From IMG/VR virus record IMGVR_UViG_3300020595_000024: a stretch of 64,000 bases of DNA; one strand, 5' to 3'. This DNA is from an uncultured virus (IMG/VR IMGVR_UViG_3300020595_000024). Its lineage: Duplodnaviria > Heunggongvirae > Uroviricota > Caudoviricetes > Crassvirales. The notes below the pieces were generated by a model. That model was not told the origin of the DNA. It did not search any database and was given only the letters and a program-made list of their open reading frames with translations. The translations under genes were made by a program, and so were the position numbers. The stretch's first letter is position 1, and each line of letters begins with the position of its first letter. Positions 47,501-57,633 of the stretch are shown piece by piece.

Positions 47501-50500
47501 ATAGACATGAACATAGATTGTACTTGTTGTCTTACTTGAGGTATGTGGTCAAGAGGAGTTTCTTTTTCAAGTGCAGAAATAATATTCTCTCCACCCTCTT
47601 TTCCTCTGAACTCCTCTATAAGAGCTGAATATATTCTTTCTGGATTTGTTATTTTTCCATTAACAATTCCAAACTCTTTTTCTAAATTTGCTCTACCTAT
47701 ATCAGATAGTTTAGAAACAGTATCGTGAATTTCTTGAAGAACCTGCCCACCAGTCATCTTTTCCTTACCATTAAAAGTATAAACCTCTTCGTTAAGAGCT
47801 AGATTAGATAATATGTTCTTTTGTATTTGAGATCCTACTGCAGCATCTTTAGTTAGCTTTGTAGGTAAGTCTTGTTGTAGTTTCCAACCACGGTTTGTAA
47901 GTATTGTTGGGTTAAGCTCAAACTCTCCAAGCATTTCAGTTGTTCCTTCTTTGTTTATTGTAGTAGGAGCCATTGCTCCAACCTTTACACCATCAGCAGT
48001 TACAACTTCACCAATTTCATCTTTAGGTTCTAGTGTTTTCCCATCCTTGTCCTTAGTCATCTTATCAAGAAGCTTTTCCATAGGTAGCCCTTTTACCATA
48101 CTAGGTATGATGACAGCCTGAGAGTACTTAAGATATACGGGACGTCCATCGTTGATTTCAAAATACACACCTTTAAGTGGTTGTGCAGCAAGTTTAAGTT
48201 CTCTTTTAGTTAAAGTCTTTCCTGCGATCATGTTAGCGTACGCTTTGTCATGAAGAGGAGTCCATTTACCTAACTTCTCTTGTAAGAACTTCCACCTGTT
48301 AGGGGTAATCCACCCCTGTGCATCTGTAGTGTTAACACTTTTGTATGCCTCAGCAATCTTTGGGTCATCTACAGAGTCAATAATTTCTTGCAAATATTCT
48401 GAAGCAACTTCAACATTAGATATTGTAGCTTGCTTAAAATATAAGTTGTCTGAATTTTTTAATCTTAATTGAAGTCCATCACTATATGTAGCAGGAATTC
48501 TTTTTATCATGTCTGGCATGGTCTTGTAGTATGCTGGATCTCCAGAAAACATCTTACCATATTCTATAGTAGATATCAATCCATTTACAGCGTGATCACC
48601 AGCCATTGCTGTTAAAGGTTCGCTGCTTTGAGATTCATATCTTGCAAGAATATCTTTATCCAAATTACTTACAGACTCTATTGCTTTGCGAGAATCCAAC
48701 ATTCTTTGATAGAGAACTATTTTTATATACTCACGTAAAGCCTTTTTTTGTTCAGCAGTTAATCCTCCAACACTTGTAGATAATGGTCTACCATCTTCTT
48801 TGTACAATGCATTCCTTAAACCAAATACGTCTCCAGCTTCTGTTAACATTTTACTGTCATGAGATAGGTTAGGAAACAATTGTGACCTAGTTCCATTCAT
48901 ATTACCAGTATGATAGTGTTGAATTTTTTTGCTGTCGTCAAGTGTATCTATTTCATTCCAAACCTCAATCATTCTGTTGTACTCGTCTTCAAAGTAGTCA
49001 ACAAATACATCTAATGTTTTGTTAGGTATTCTTAATCCTTTTTCAGTCTGAATTATTCCAGCATCAAAGAAAGGTAGTCCACCTATTTCAGTCCTTCTAG
49101 ACTTATCTGCAGGTACAATTGTAGGCATGTATGATTCATTACCTATTTTTCCTCCAAGCATCTTAACAATGCTCTCATTGATAGCGTCAGGCTTTGTTTG
49201 CTTCTTGTTGTCAACACCGTCAGACTTGCCTTTACTTTTAAAAGATGCGGCAAGAACTAAGCTTAACTTGTCTAGTCTCTCTGCAGAAACTCTTTCTCTA
49301 TCTTTTTTCTTTACGTCCTTACCAGTGGCAAGAAGATAAGATATCCATTGAGAGTTTTTGTTGTATGTTTGTGTAGAAAGTTTTTCTAATTCTGAAGGGT
49401 CATTCTTCCATTGGTTAACTTTATTGGAAAGGTAAGAAGGTGAAGAGAATCCCCATCCCATTTTACCTCCGTTAAGAACTACTGTGTTCTCAGCAAAGTT
49501 TACCATCCCAAGTGCCATAGACTTACTAAGTGCTCTTAAAGTCTTTTGGTCACTAAATGGATTTCTTTTTTCAGTACTAGTGCCAAAACCACCTGGAACT
49601 AACAAGTCATCTATTGCAAAACCAATTGCCTGAGATAGCTCATTAAGTACATCGTAAGGTTCTTTGTTTTTTGCTGTGTTTAAGTTTACGTAATCAGTAA
49701 TGTCTTGTGGAGTAACAGTAGTCCCAAGTCTTTTTAATATTTCTGCAATAGCATCTTCTCTATCGTCTAATACATTGTCTCTTTCTGATCCAGGTTCTGC
49801 ATTCTTGTATGCCTCACCAAACAATCTGTTAGCCTGAGTAATCTCATCTTTAAGTTCATTTAATCCTATAGCAGCTTGCTTATTAGCGTTTCCACCAACA
49901 GACCTCCATCTTTTTCCAAACTCCCATGACCAATCATTTCTTAGTTTATAGTCTCTACTACCAACTACAGAAGCATTAATAACTTTGTATTTCTTTCCGT
50001 TAACTTCTGTAATTAAAAAGTTTAGTTTTGTTTTAGAAAATGCTTGAACAAATTCAGTCTTCTTAGATTCACTTGCATCTTTAAGTTTTTCAATCACATC
50101 TACAACCCATGGCTTGAGATCTTCTAGCTCTTCCATCTTTTTTATCATCTGAGAAAAAACATCGGATACGTTGTCACCATGGCCAATACTAACTATGTCA
50201 GATAGTGCTGGCTCAAGTGTGCTCCATACATCTTCGTAATCAGCAAACATCTCCATCTTAAGAAAGTTTCCTGTTTTCTTAGTGAGCTTGCCATCTACGT
50301 ATTCAAGAGCTAGTATTTGCGATAAGAATAGTTTTGTGTTTGTTGTCGCTGCATCTTTTGAGTTAGATTCAAAAGAGTCTTTACTAAAGTTTGGATCTTT
50401 GCCATCTGGCGTGTTGTCTACATCCTCTTCATTTGCAGCTAAGCTTTTGTTAGCCCTTAGTTTAAATCCATAAGATTGGATTTTGTCAGACATCTCAGAA

Positions 50501-51069
50501 CCAAATTCTTCTTTGTATGCCTGAACTAGTTCTGCTTTGCCTACCATCTCATCTCTTTCAGCTAAAGATATTGATCCTTCAGCGTACGCAGTGTCAATAG
50601 TAAATATGTATCTATCCATAGATTCATCTATAGACTTAAAAATCATTCCCATTGTTGGAAGGGTGTCTTCATCTATATGATTGAAGCTTAGATTTTTTCC
50701 TTTACCAGAAAGTAGGTTAGACATTAACTGTGCAGTAACTTCTTCTACAGTTTCTTCTGTAAATTCAGCAAACTTAACCTTGTTTAAGAATATCCTTTCT
50801 GATTTTCCTTCAAAGTACCATTGGTCTGTACCTTCTTTTCTAAATAGTTTTGGCTCTCCATTGTCATCTTGACGCATTGCCATTGTTGAATCAAAGAAAG
50901 CATATTCGTAGTTGTCAACCCAGCTACCAAAATCTTCTTGGAACCCTTCAGACATAACAGAGGCGTAAGCCTGTTCTGCTAATTGATCTGTTCCAAGAAC
51001 TTCGTATAACTTATTGTACAATCCGGACTCTTTCCCATTTGTCTTATTAAGTATTTTACAACTTCCCAT
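44509..51069 (-). CDS. Virion-packaged DNA-dependent RNA polymerase (phi14:2 gp66-like, 2186 aa)
   Basis: Catalytic GSDFDIDK, YRIPNQ, TDAQGW, FSGDPAYYK, VDIAKDP. Confidence 0.92.
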   Translation of the reverse strand: MGSCKILNKTNGKESGLYNKLYEVLGTDQLAEQAYASVMSEGFQEDFGSWVDNYEYAFFDSTMAMRQDDNGEPKLFRKEGTDQWYFEGKSERIFLNKVKFAEFTEETVEEVTAQLMSNLLSGKGKNLSFNHIDEDTLPTMGMIFKSIDESMDRYIFTIDTAYAEGSISLAERDEMVGKAELVQAYKEEFGSEMSDKIQSYGFKLRANKSLAANEEDVDNTPDGKDPNFSKDSFESNSKDAATTNTKLFLSQILALEYVDGKLTKKTGNFLKMEMFADYEDVWSTLEPALSDIVSIGHGDNVSDVFSQMIKKMEELEDLKPWVVDVIEKLKDASESKKTEFVQAFSKTKLNFLITEVNGKKYKVINASVVGSRDYKLRNDWSWEFGKRWRSVGGNANKQAAIGLNELKDEITQANRLFGEAYKNAEPGSERDNVLDDREDAIAEILKRLGTTVTPQDITDYVNLNTAKNKEPYDVLNELSQAIGFAIDDLLVPGGFGTSTEKRNPFSDQKTLRALSKSMALGMVNFAENTVVLNGGKMGWGFSSPSYLSNKVNQWKNDPSELEKLSTQTYNKNSQWISYLLATGKDVKKKDRERVSAERLDKLSLVLAASFKSKGKSDGVDNKKQTKPDAINESIVKMLGGKIGNESYMPTIVPADKSRRTEIGGLPFFDAGIIQTEKGLRIPNKTLDVFVDYFEDEYNRMIEVWNEIDTLDDSKKIQHYHTGNMNGTRSQLFPNLSHDSKMLTEAGDVFGLRNALYKEDGRPLSTSVGGLTAEQKKALREYIKIVLYQRMLDSRKAIESVSNLDKDILARYESQSSEPLTAMAGDHAVNGLISTIEYGKMFSGDPAYYKTMPDMIKRIPATYSDGLQLRLKNSDNLYFKQATISNVEVASEYLQEIIDSVDDPKIAEAYKSVNTTDAQGWITPNRWKFLQEKLGKWTPLHDKAYANMIAGKTLTKRELKLAAQPLKGVYFEINDGRPVYLKYSQAVIIPSMVKGLPMEKLLDKMTKDKDGKTLEPKDEIGEVVTADGVKVGAMAPTTINKEGTTEMLGEFELNPTILTNRGWKLQQDLPTKLTKDAAVGSQIQKNILSNLALNEEVYTFNGKEKMTGGQVLQEIHDTVSKLSDIGRANLEKEFGIVNGKITNPERIYSALIEEFRGKEGGENIISALEKETPLDHIPQVRQQVQSMFMSMMNKEMTKIKTNGASFIQVSNFGLDRDVTDKSGIKIVSKNYDPIRGLKPPRKENGVVKPGQVFIPYSALKTMLKGLDGKINFDKMTSEELMAMIDPSALEMITYRIPNQGMSSNDAVEIVGILPDSMGDAIIGYDAIPGKTGSDFDIDKMFVMMHNLELRNGVVQKISPNQSSKAAIQNRLVELYWSVLTSPATYDDMMRSIDSDYLKDDINGLFPPPTYDDLQIFSPTSQIDIKFDYVSGKAGVGQTANMLVDHVLNQSLNITLDTYIGIGHISEEGVTKFDEIMDKDGTRSIADSLSAFLNAYVDIAKDPYVSRGNHNSVTANMTFMLLRAGVSVEWVNRFMGQPILIDLVKEMEKMEGITSERVRDKSGKTLDAFEVVRQKYGAKKFEASLNDSKASDLKSKDFLERQITAKRTGQNAAAQDMVLNVFEGLMSYSKAFSASVIAAKSDTKGGGTSFAERLIIQNRKEQVLASGKIQGYEAKFDGTMNGTYHDNAVDFVGEVLNNSALSISATRALENTFNSISNRMGRGERITSIDLAKDLDSSYYSYAMSGTELLSVNTTNIPGLFTDLGNQIMNMKKKGEPYSKNFLIKEIIVNKDGQYNFMTIDSANKPAVYKNKIYRSWNELYRNPETKTLARNLVRYAYSGTGFKSGLGQFFAHIPHEILKAEGVGKDFKKIAFQTRDADMDSNFREQYFRHNWENAKVVPRVSFGVAEALPGGIPKTTAFHYKTDMTNDALSTGQNIDGLKTYPEFVTIIDEVKDDQGFPVFDEETSEPLMNEAFYKYVGNELVTVKDKNNKDTAVYRPLYVRTHKLGKRSRKGNVVEWNYGTKTENSQIPSNNVPANMNKMINGILEKAMANPQLIPAALTMDNTSSGREVELSKGETIINKEDVKAYRDYLKRTGEIPSTFFTGSTKFSAFYNNDTGKREGMPQSVAWNINNVNNLYDAINNESGEVFIESVDLNTGIQYIPKGNIDAISNNIDEIANDNDITCNG

Positions 51070-51081
51070 ATTTTATTTTAT

Positions 51082-54000
51082 TTAGTCACATTTTTTCCTT
51101 ATAGTACCAGTATCTTTTCCTGGCTTAGGATCATTTATTGTTTTTTGTGAATTGTTTAATTTTGATGATAAATCATCTGCTTCAAATATACGACTATTAT
51201 TGTTAGCCTCCAAATTTTCCTGACTGTTTTTATCATTAGATCTTCTTCTTCTTCTAGCAGACCTTGTGTCCTTGTTCTCTATTCTCTCTACTTCTTTGTC
51301 AACTCTAGCAGACAGCTTGTCTCTGCTCTCATCAGTAGCGTTAAGAATGTTCATTAATCCATCACCAGGTTTAGGTGTATCTCTTTTGTCAGAGAACATA
51401 CCATCTAGTTTTTCCTGTAAAGTGTCATCGAATTGTAGTTGTATTATACTATCAGAAAGAGAACTAGTATTCATAGGGGTTGTGCCTATAAGATCATTAG
51501 TAAGTTCAAACTTATCCATAGATATAGTTCCATCCTTCTCTTCGTAAGTTGCACTTATAGGAAGTATGTTAATATCGCTTACATTTAATCCGTACTTGTT
51601 ATAAGAAGCATCTGCATAAACTGTTTGTTGAGCAGACCACTTTTCATTTTTAGTAGCAAATTTACTTGGACCATATATGTTAGAGGCAAGGAAAGTAGCA
51701 TTCTTCTCACTGTACTTTATGTTCTTGAAGTCAATGATGTGCATTTTACCTTGTCTGTCAACAGCTACTAAATCTAAAGTACCACCCATTCCATCAAATC
51801 CTGATGCATCTTTTTGTTCTTGATTGTATTCTCTGTAAACAAATACTTCTTCAGAAACAAATGTCATTCCTTTATTAGTAAGGTCTGTCTTAACTTTGTT
51901 TATCTTTCTTACCAGCCCGTCAAACTCTTGCTCAGTAACTTCTAGAAGGTAGGCGTTGTTTCCTTTGTTCATTTCTTTAGCCTCAGCTAAATACTCTGCT
52001 AAAGACTTTACGCTAGTGTCTCCAAAGATATCTCTTGCAAGTATGTCAACAAAGTTTCCTACAGCAGCACCTTTCTTCATGGCGTCATTACTTTCTGACT
52101 GCTCTCCTTTTAGCCTGGTGACCATGTTAGATTGTCTTTCTAGAGTTTTACCTTGACCAACATATACACTGTGTACTACACCGTCAATTGTAACCTCCTC
52201 TAATCCAAACCGCTTAGACTCTTCTTGTATTTCACTTATAACTCTTACAGTTTGAAGCTGATCAGGACTAAGCTTGCTTTCAGTAGCCATAGTAATAGCT
52301 TTTTTAGAGGCCTCAATCTTTCTTAATGCATTAAGTGTAGCTCTAGTCTCAATCTTTATCTTGTCAGAAGTCATGAGATCTTTACCATTTGCCCAGTAAA
52401 CAGCTTTATCATTGTTGTCTATGTGATCTTGCTCATGTAATATTAAGAAAGTATTCATGTCTTTCTTTGAAGAAAGAATTGATCTTATTTTTGCAGGAGA
52501 GTATCCTTGATCCGCAAGCTCTTTCATTACAGCAACTTTTTGCTGAGACGTAGCATTGCCTACGTAATCTCCTTTTCCTTCTATGTAGTCATAGAAATCT
52601 TGTTGATCAGTAACAGGGTTTATTTGTATATCTTTACCATTAGTACTTGCGTAAACTTTTGTTCCTTGTTGATTTTTAAGATTCTTGTTTACTTTGTACT
52701 TAGGTATATCTATCCTTCCCGGAATCTTAGGTTTAGAATAAGTAAGTTCTGTTAAATTTTCACCGTCTCCGTATTGAGTATATCCTGTTTCCACAAGCTC
52801 CTTGTACTGTTCATCAGTTAAAACATCTATGTCTTTATTAGACACACCTTCTAATGGAACTCTACCAGAAAGTGTTTGAGTAGGAGGCATATTTTCAGAC
52901 AAGTATGATTTTGTTGTTGGAGTTTCTTTAGGTAAATCTGTTTTATTTAAGAAATAATCTAAAGCTGTTGCATGAGAAGGTCTTCCTAAATCTTTATAAT
53001 AAAAAATAGGCTTTCCTTTTAGCTCAGATGTTTTGTTTAATATAGCTTTCCTGTAATCCTGCATTACATTTGTATCTCCTTTACCTTCTAACCAATTTAA
53101 AAATCTAGTAACAGACACAGCAGTTTCTTCTTTAATAGCTCCGTAAGGGCCAAAAGGGTTTCCAACAGCATTGTCTTTAAGAGCATCAATCATACTCTGC
53201 TCTGTTTTACCTTTAGTTCTAAATGCTACTACTGCTCCAGGTTGAGGCTTTCTACCTTTAACTCCATCAACAATTACATTACCACCAGCAGGAGCTGTTT
53301 CAGTACCTAAATCAACCTTACTAGTTTGTTGTGTTGGAGTTGTCTTAGGTAGATCTTTCTTTTGAGCTGGCATAGGATTAGTCTTTGGCTCTGCCTTAAA
53401 CTTATTATCTATCCATTCATTTACAGCTCCCTTTGTAGATAAATTAACAGTCAAAGTTCTTCCGTCAATTCCGTAGTATACTCCTTCGAAACCAGGAAGA
53501 CCCATTGTAGATTTTTCTACACTAGCTTTAGATCTATTAATTCTTTCCTGTTTCTTAGCATCTGTTTCTGGTTCAGACTTTGTAGAAGTAGGCTTTACTG
53601 TTATGTTCTCAGAATTATACTTAGCTTCTATTCTTTTTTGAACAGCCTCTTTGGTGCTATCATTAATAGCAGTAACACCACCTATTTGGTTGTAGTAGTA
53701 TCCTGTAAATCCAGGAATTCCATTCTCACCTTTAACTATACCAGCCTTTTCAGTCTTTGCTTTTCTTTCTGATTGCTCACTAGTATTAGCAGGAGTCTTT
53801 TCCGCTACCTCTACTTTAGGAGCAGGAGCAGGAGCATTTATTGGTGCAACAAAAACTTTTGTTTTCCAGTTTTTACTTGTCGCAAACATAGGGCCTTTTG
53901 TTGTTGCATTGGTAGAAATTGCACCAGATCCAACAACCCACTCTCTATACTCAGGGCTTGTCTTCCAAAGCTCACTGTTAAAGTTTATGTTCTTTGTAGT

Positions 54001-57000
54001 CTGTAAGAATTCCTGTAGTTCTATTTTTGCTTGAGCAAGATTTGTTTTACTTAGAACCTTTCCGTCCCCAAACAATACAGATTTGTAATCTTTAGAAAAC
54101 ATTAGTTGAGACTTCTTTCCTTTAGTCTGTTCAGATGTATACCCTAATAAGTTTATAAGATCTTTTATGTTGCCGTCTTCAACAATCTTAAGTTCTTCAA
54201 CTAGGTTTACTTCTAGTATGTCAAGAACTTCTTTAGGTAAGTCTGTTATAGCTTGCTCAAGTTTAACTTGACCTAACGCAACAGCGGCAAGTACTTCAGT
54301 TAATGCTTCAGCTTGAAGATTAGAATGCTTAGACAAGTTAAGTCTTAGCGGGAATGGTGATCCATCAGCCTTCTTTACCATAAGGAATAATCCACCTTTA
54401 TAAGGTATCTGATTTCCTTTCTCATCAGTAACACCTGTTACCATATATTTCTTACCCTTGAATCCTGCAACACCATCTCTTGTGTCACTGTCAACTAAAT
54501 CACCATCTTTGTTTGTGATAGCTAGCTGTACGTCATCTAGGTCTTCAACCTGTTCTAAATCAGTAAGTATGTTTTTAGCAGGGCTTCCGTCTTCATTCTT
54601 ATCCATTACAAGTCCACCACCAGTAGTTAGAGATATTTTACTCTTCGCTGGCTTGCCATCTTTTAATAAGTCTATTATTACTTTTCTTTGAGGAAGGTCT
54701 ACTTTATTCCATGCGTCAAAAGCAGTTTCACTTTTAGCTATGTTATTAGTAAGGGTCGGTAGAAAAGTAAATACATCCGGGTTGTTTCCAACTAATGCTT
54801 TAATAGGAAGGTATTCGTATACGAAATCATTCACAACACCTTTATTGAAAAGCTCAATTGCTTTTAGTATGTTTTTGTTCTGGCCATTGTAATCAGATAC
54901 AACAAAACCTACCTCTTCATCTATCTTACTTTTGCCATTAGCTACCCATTCCTTGTATCCATCAGAAGCTACAGTATCAAGAAGCTTAACAGCTCTATCT
55001 ACTCCCGCAGATTCTTCAACAGTCTTTTCAGATTTTTCTAGTTCAGAATTTACGTGGTCACTCTCTTCTTCAGAGAATTCATCTTCAATGTTTTCTTCTA
55101 TAGGTGCAACATTTGTGTCTACAAGATCACCAGGATTTGCTTCCTGTTTTGCAGCCGCTTCTTCTGCTAACTTCTTGTCGTGAAGCACTTGAGCAGCTTT
55201 AAGATCTTCAGCTTTTTTCTTAGCAATTATAGCTTTCTTTCTTGCATCAACTTTTTCTAACAAATCTTTTTTCTCTTTGTCAGTATACTCGTTGTTGTCT
55301 CTTATGTTTTTACGAACTTGATCAGCTCCTTTTTCATCTTGTATTAGAGCAACCTTAAGTTCATCTTGCTTAATCTGACGTTCTTTTTTGTAAGCATCAC
55401 TACCTAAGTGTACGTTGTCAGACTGTCTAAAAGATATACCATCTTCAAGAAGTATTTTTTCTATTTCTTTATCTTGCTTTTCTTCAAGCATTGTTTGATG
55501 ACCAGCTGCATATCTTTTGTTATGCATTCTAGTCTCAGGATGTATATCTTCTTTTTCTTTATAATCATTTGCAATAGAGTTTTCTAAAGACTCAATGTAT
55601 TTCTCATTGTTCTTTATTACGTCTCCAACTAATTTTTTCTTACGGTCACTAGCCTTGTCGCTTAGGTTAGCTCTGTGTATTTCATTAGCTCTTTGGTACG
55701 CTTTTATAAGAGCTTTCTTTTGAGGAATCTCTTTTGCGTAGGTAGACATTTTAGATGACCCAACAAACCCTTCAGACATGTCAGACTTCTCTTGTTCTAG
55801 TGCCTCAATTCTTTCTTGGAACTGAGCTATGTGTATATCGTTGCTTGCCATCATACCAGCAACTCCAGCATCATTCTTATCTAAATGCTTTAAATATCTT
55901 TGTTTAGTTTCGTTAGCAATTCTTATAGCATCAGGTACGTACTCTTTAAACAACTCTATGTCTAACTCAATACCGTGTGCTTCTTTATATGCAGCTTGCT
56001 CTTCTGCAGTCATCTCTGCTAAGTTAGCAAGAGACTCTATGTGTTGGTCAAACTGGTCAACAGTAAGTGCTTCAAGACTCATGCCTATCATCATCTCGTT
56101 GATAATTTGTTTTCTTCTTACCGGGTCATTGTTTTGATCAGCAACAGCAAGTTCTTTCTGCATCATCTCGTAACTCTTACCTCTCTTCTCTAAGAATTCA
56201 GCTTGCATCTTTGCCCAGTTAGCTTCTGATTGTCTTGTTGCTTTATTCTTAAACAATGTTTGAGTCTTAGGACCAACTGCTTGGAAGATATTACCACCAA
56301 GTCCACCCCAGAAAGCTGAAGTCATCATTTCAGTATCTCCAATTGTAGCAGACAATTCTTCTTTGTATTCTTCTTCATTAATAAGGCCAGCATCAAGCTT
56401 AGCTTTTAAAGATCCTCTTTCTGCAATATAGTATTGGTAAGACTCCTCTGCTCCCTCTGACAAGAAAGTAACACCTGCAGCTTTAGAGCCTTTTATTGCT
56501 TTACTTTGCCAAGGCTTTAATTTAGAAACTTTTCCTTTACCAGCAGCCTTGCTCAAAGCAGACTCCATTTTCATTGTTCTAGGATTAAATATTTTTCCTA
56601 TTGCAAGGTATTGAGGTATGTCTTGCATGATCATAGCCCATCCCATTTTGTAGTTAGATGCAGCAGCTTCAGAAGCATACTTGTTAGCCTCTTCTTCAGT
56701 AAACTTAACACCTGTCTTAGGATCTATTGTTTGCAAGAATTCATCTCTAGTTGATTCAAATGTACCACTAGCTTCCATGTGATTTTCAATGTGTCTAGAA
56801 ACAACGGCTTGACTAATACCATTAGCCATCCACTTTGCTTTCTTTCCCATTCCAGCAGCAATGTCAGCAGATTTGTTTATTGCACCAAGAGCTTTAGATA
56901 TGTTTTTTCCTAGAAAAGACAAAGCCTTAACTGTACCAGTTGCAGGTATTAGCATAGATAAAGATGACGCAACAGAAACAGCATTACTAAACCACCATCC

Positions 57001-57627
57001 ACTATCACCCATGTCAAACTCACCTTCGTTAACCTGGTATATAGGCATGGATTCTTGTCCAAATTCTCTTAGAGATTTACCGTAATCACTTAACCAGTTA
57101 CCCCATTCTCCTTCTTCACCTTTAGCTATGTCAGCCCATCCAGCCATGTCAAGAACATATCCTATACCTTCAACAGTACCACCGACTATTTCGCCAACAA
57201 CAGCTTGTCCAAGCATATTACCAGCTTGAGCATACCATGATTGATTGGTTGCTCTAGATTTGTTTAATGCATCTATTCCTCCTACAGGATTATATATGTC
57301 GTTACCTAAATAACTAGTATAATCTTCAAGGTCAATCTCAAGTTCTTTATCTCTAATGATTGTTGGGTCGGCATAACTAGAATCATCGCCTCCTATACCA
57401 GCCCATTTACTTATAGGTGCTGCGTCAGTTCCAGCTTGACTGTTTTCTTTGGCAACTGTATTAGGTAAGTCAGGGTCAGTACTTTGCTCAACATTAGAAA
57501 TGCCTGCCCACTTAGAAGTAGGTTCTGTAGCGGCAGGTTCTGTAGCAGCTGAAGCATTAGTAACTCCAGCAACTTGTGCTACTGGAGTTTCTGATTGTAC
57601 TATATTTTCTTGTGTTTCCTCTATCAT
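51082..57627 (-). CDS. Giant polyvalent virion ejection protein (2181 aa)
   Basis: Hydrophobic/Gly-Ala-rich N-terminal region with EGAEE, coiled coils, a GNPF-containing domain, HEQDH, C-terminal PD-(D/E)XK motif GTLDLVAVD...IIDFK. Confidence 0.8.
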   Translation of the reverse strand: MIEETQENIVQSETPVAQVAGVTNASAATEPAATEPTSKWAGISNVEQSTDPDLPNTVAKENSQAGTDAAPISKWAGIGGDDSSYADPTIIRDKELEIDLEDYTSYLGNDIYNPVGGIDALNKSRATNQSWYAQAGNMLGQAVVGEIVGGTVEGIGYVLDMAGWADIAKGEEGEWGNWLSDYGKSLREFGQESMPIYQVNEGEFDMGDSGWWFSNAVSVASSLSMLIPATGTVKALSFLGKNISKALGAINKSADIAAGMGKKAKWMANGISQAVVSRHIENHMEASGTFESTRDEFLQTIDPKTGVKFTEEEANKYASEAAASNYKMGWAMIMQDIPQYLAIGKIFNPRTMKMESALSKAAGKGKVSKLKPWQSKAIKGSKAAGVTFLSEGAEESYQYYIAERGSLKAKLDAGLINEEEYKEELSATIGDTEMMTSAFWGGLGGNIFQAVGPKTQTLFKNKATRQSEANWAKMQAEFLEKRGKSYEMMQKELAVADQNNDPVRRKQIINEMMIGMSLEALTVDQFDQHIESLANLAEMTAEEQAAYKEAHGIELDIELFKEYVPDAIRIANETKQRYLKHLDKNDAGVAGMMASNDIHIAQFQERIEALEQEKSDMSEGFVGSSKMSTYAKEIPQKKALIKAYQRANEIHRANLSDKASDRKKKLVGDVIKNNEKYIESLENSIANDYKEKEDIHPETRMHNKRYAAGHQTMLEEKQDKEIEKILLEDGISFRQSDNVHLGSDAYKKERQIKQDELKVALIQDEKGADQVRKNIRDNNEYTDKEKKDLLEKVDARKKAIIAKKKAEDLKAAQVLHDKKLAEEAAAKQEANPGDLVDTNVAPIEENIEDEFSEEESDHVNSELEKSEKTVEESAGVDRAVKLLDTVASDGYKEWVANGKSKIDEEVGFVVSDYNGQNKNILKAIELFNKGVVNDFVYEYLPIKALVGNNPDVFTFLPTLTNNIAKSETAFDAWNKVDLPQRKVIIDLLKDGKPAKSKISLTTGGGLVMDKNEDGSPAKNILTDLEQVEDLDDVQLAITNKDGDLVDSDTRDGVAGFKGKKYMVTGVTDEKGNQIPYKGGLFLMVKKADGSPFPLRLNLSKHSNLQAEALTEVLAAVALGQVKLEQAITDLPKEVLDILEVNLVEELKIVEDGNIKDLINLLGYTSEQTKGKKSQLMFSKDYKSVLFGDGKVLSKTNLAQAKIELQEFLQTTKNINFNSELWKTSPEYREWVVGSGAISTNATTKGPMFATSKNWKTKVFVAPINAPAPAPKVEVAEKTPANTSEQSERKAKTEKAGIVKGENGIPGFTGYYYNQIGGVTAINDSTKEAVQKRIEAKYNSENITVKPTSTKSEPETDAKKQERINRSKASVEKSTMGLPGFEGVYYGIDGRTLTVNLSTKGAVNEWIDNKFKAEPKTNPMPAQKKDLPKTTPTQQTSKVDLGTETAPAGGNVIVDGVKGRKPQPGAVVAFRTKGKTEQSMIDALKDNAVGNPFGPYGAIKEETAVSVTRFLNWLEGKGDTNVMQDYRKAILNKTSELKGKPIFYYKDLGRPSHATALDYFLNKTDLPKETPTTKSYLSENMPPTQTLSGRVPLEGVSNKDIDVLTDEQYKELVETGYTQYGDGENLTELTYSKPKIPGRIDIPKYKVNKNLKNQQGTKVYASTNGKDIQINPVTDQQDFYDYIEGKGDYVGNATSQQKVAVMKELADQGYSPAKIRSILSSKKDMNTFLILHEQDHIDNNDKAVYWANGKDLMTSDKIKIETRATLNALRKIEASKKAITMATESKLSPDQLQTVRVISEIQEESKRFGLEEVTIDGVVHSVYVGQGKTLERQSNMVTRLKGEQSESNDAMKKGAAVGNFVDILARDIFGDTSVKSLAEYLAEAKEMNKGNNAYLLEVTEQEFDGLVRKINKVKTDLTNKGMTFVSEEVFVYREYNQEQKDASGFDGMGGTLDLVAVDRQGKMHIIDFKNIKYSEKNATFLASNIYGPSKFATKNEKWSAQQTVYADASYNKYGLNVSDINILPISATYEEKDGTISMDKFELTNDLIGTTPMNTSSLSDSIIQLQFDDTLQEKLDGMFSDKRDTPKPGDGLMNILNATDESRDKLSARVDKEVERIENKDTRSARRRRRSNDKNSQENLEANNNSRIFEADDLSSKLNNSQKTINDPKPGKDTGTIRKKCD

Positions 57628-57633
57628 TATATA

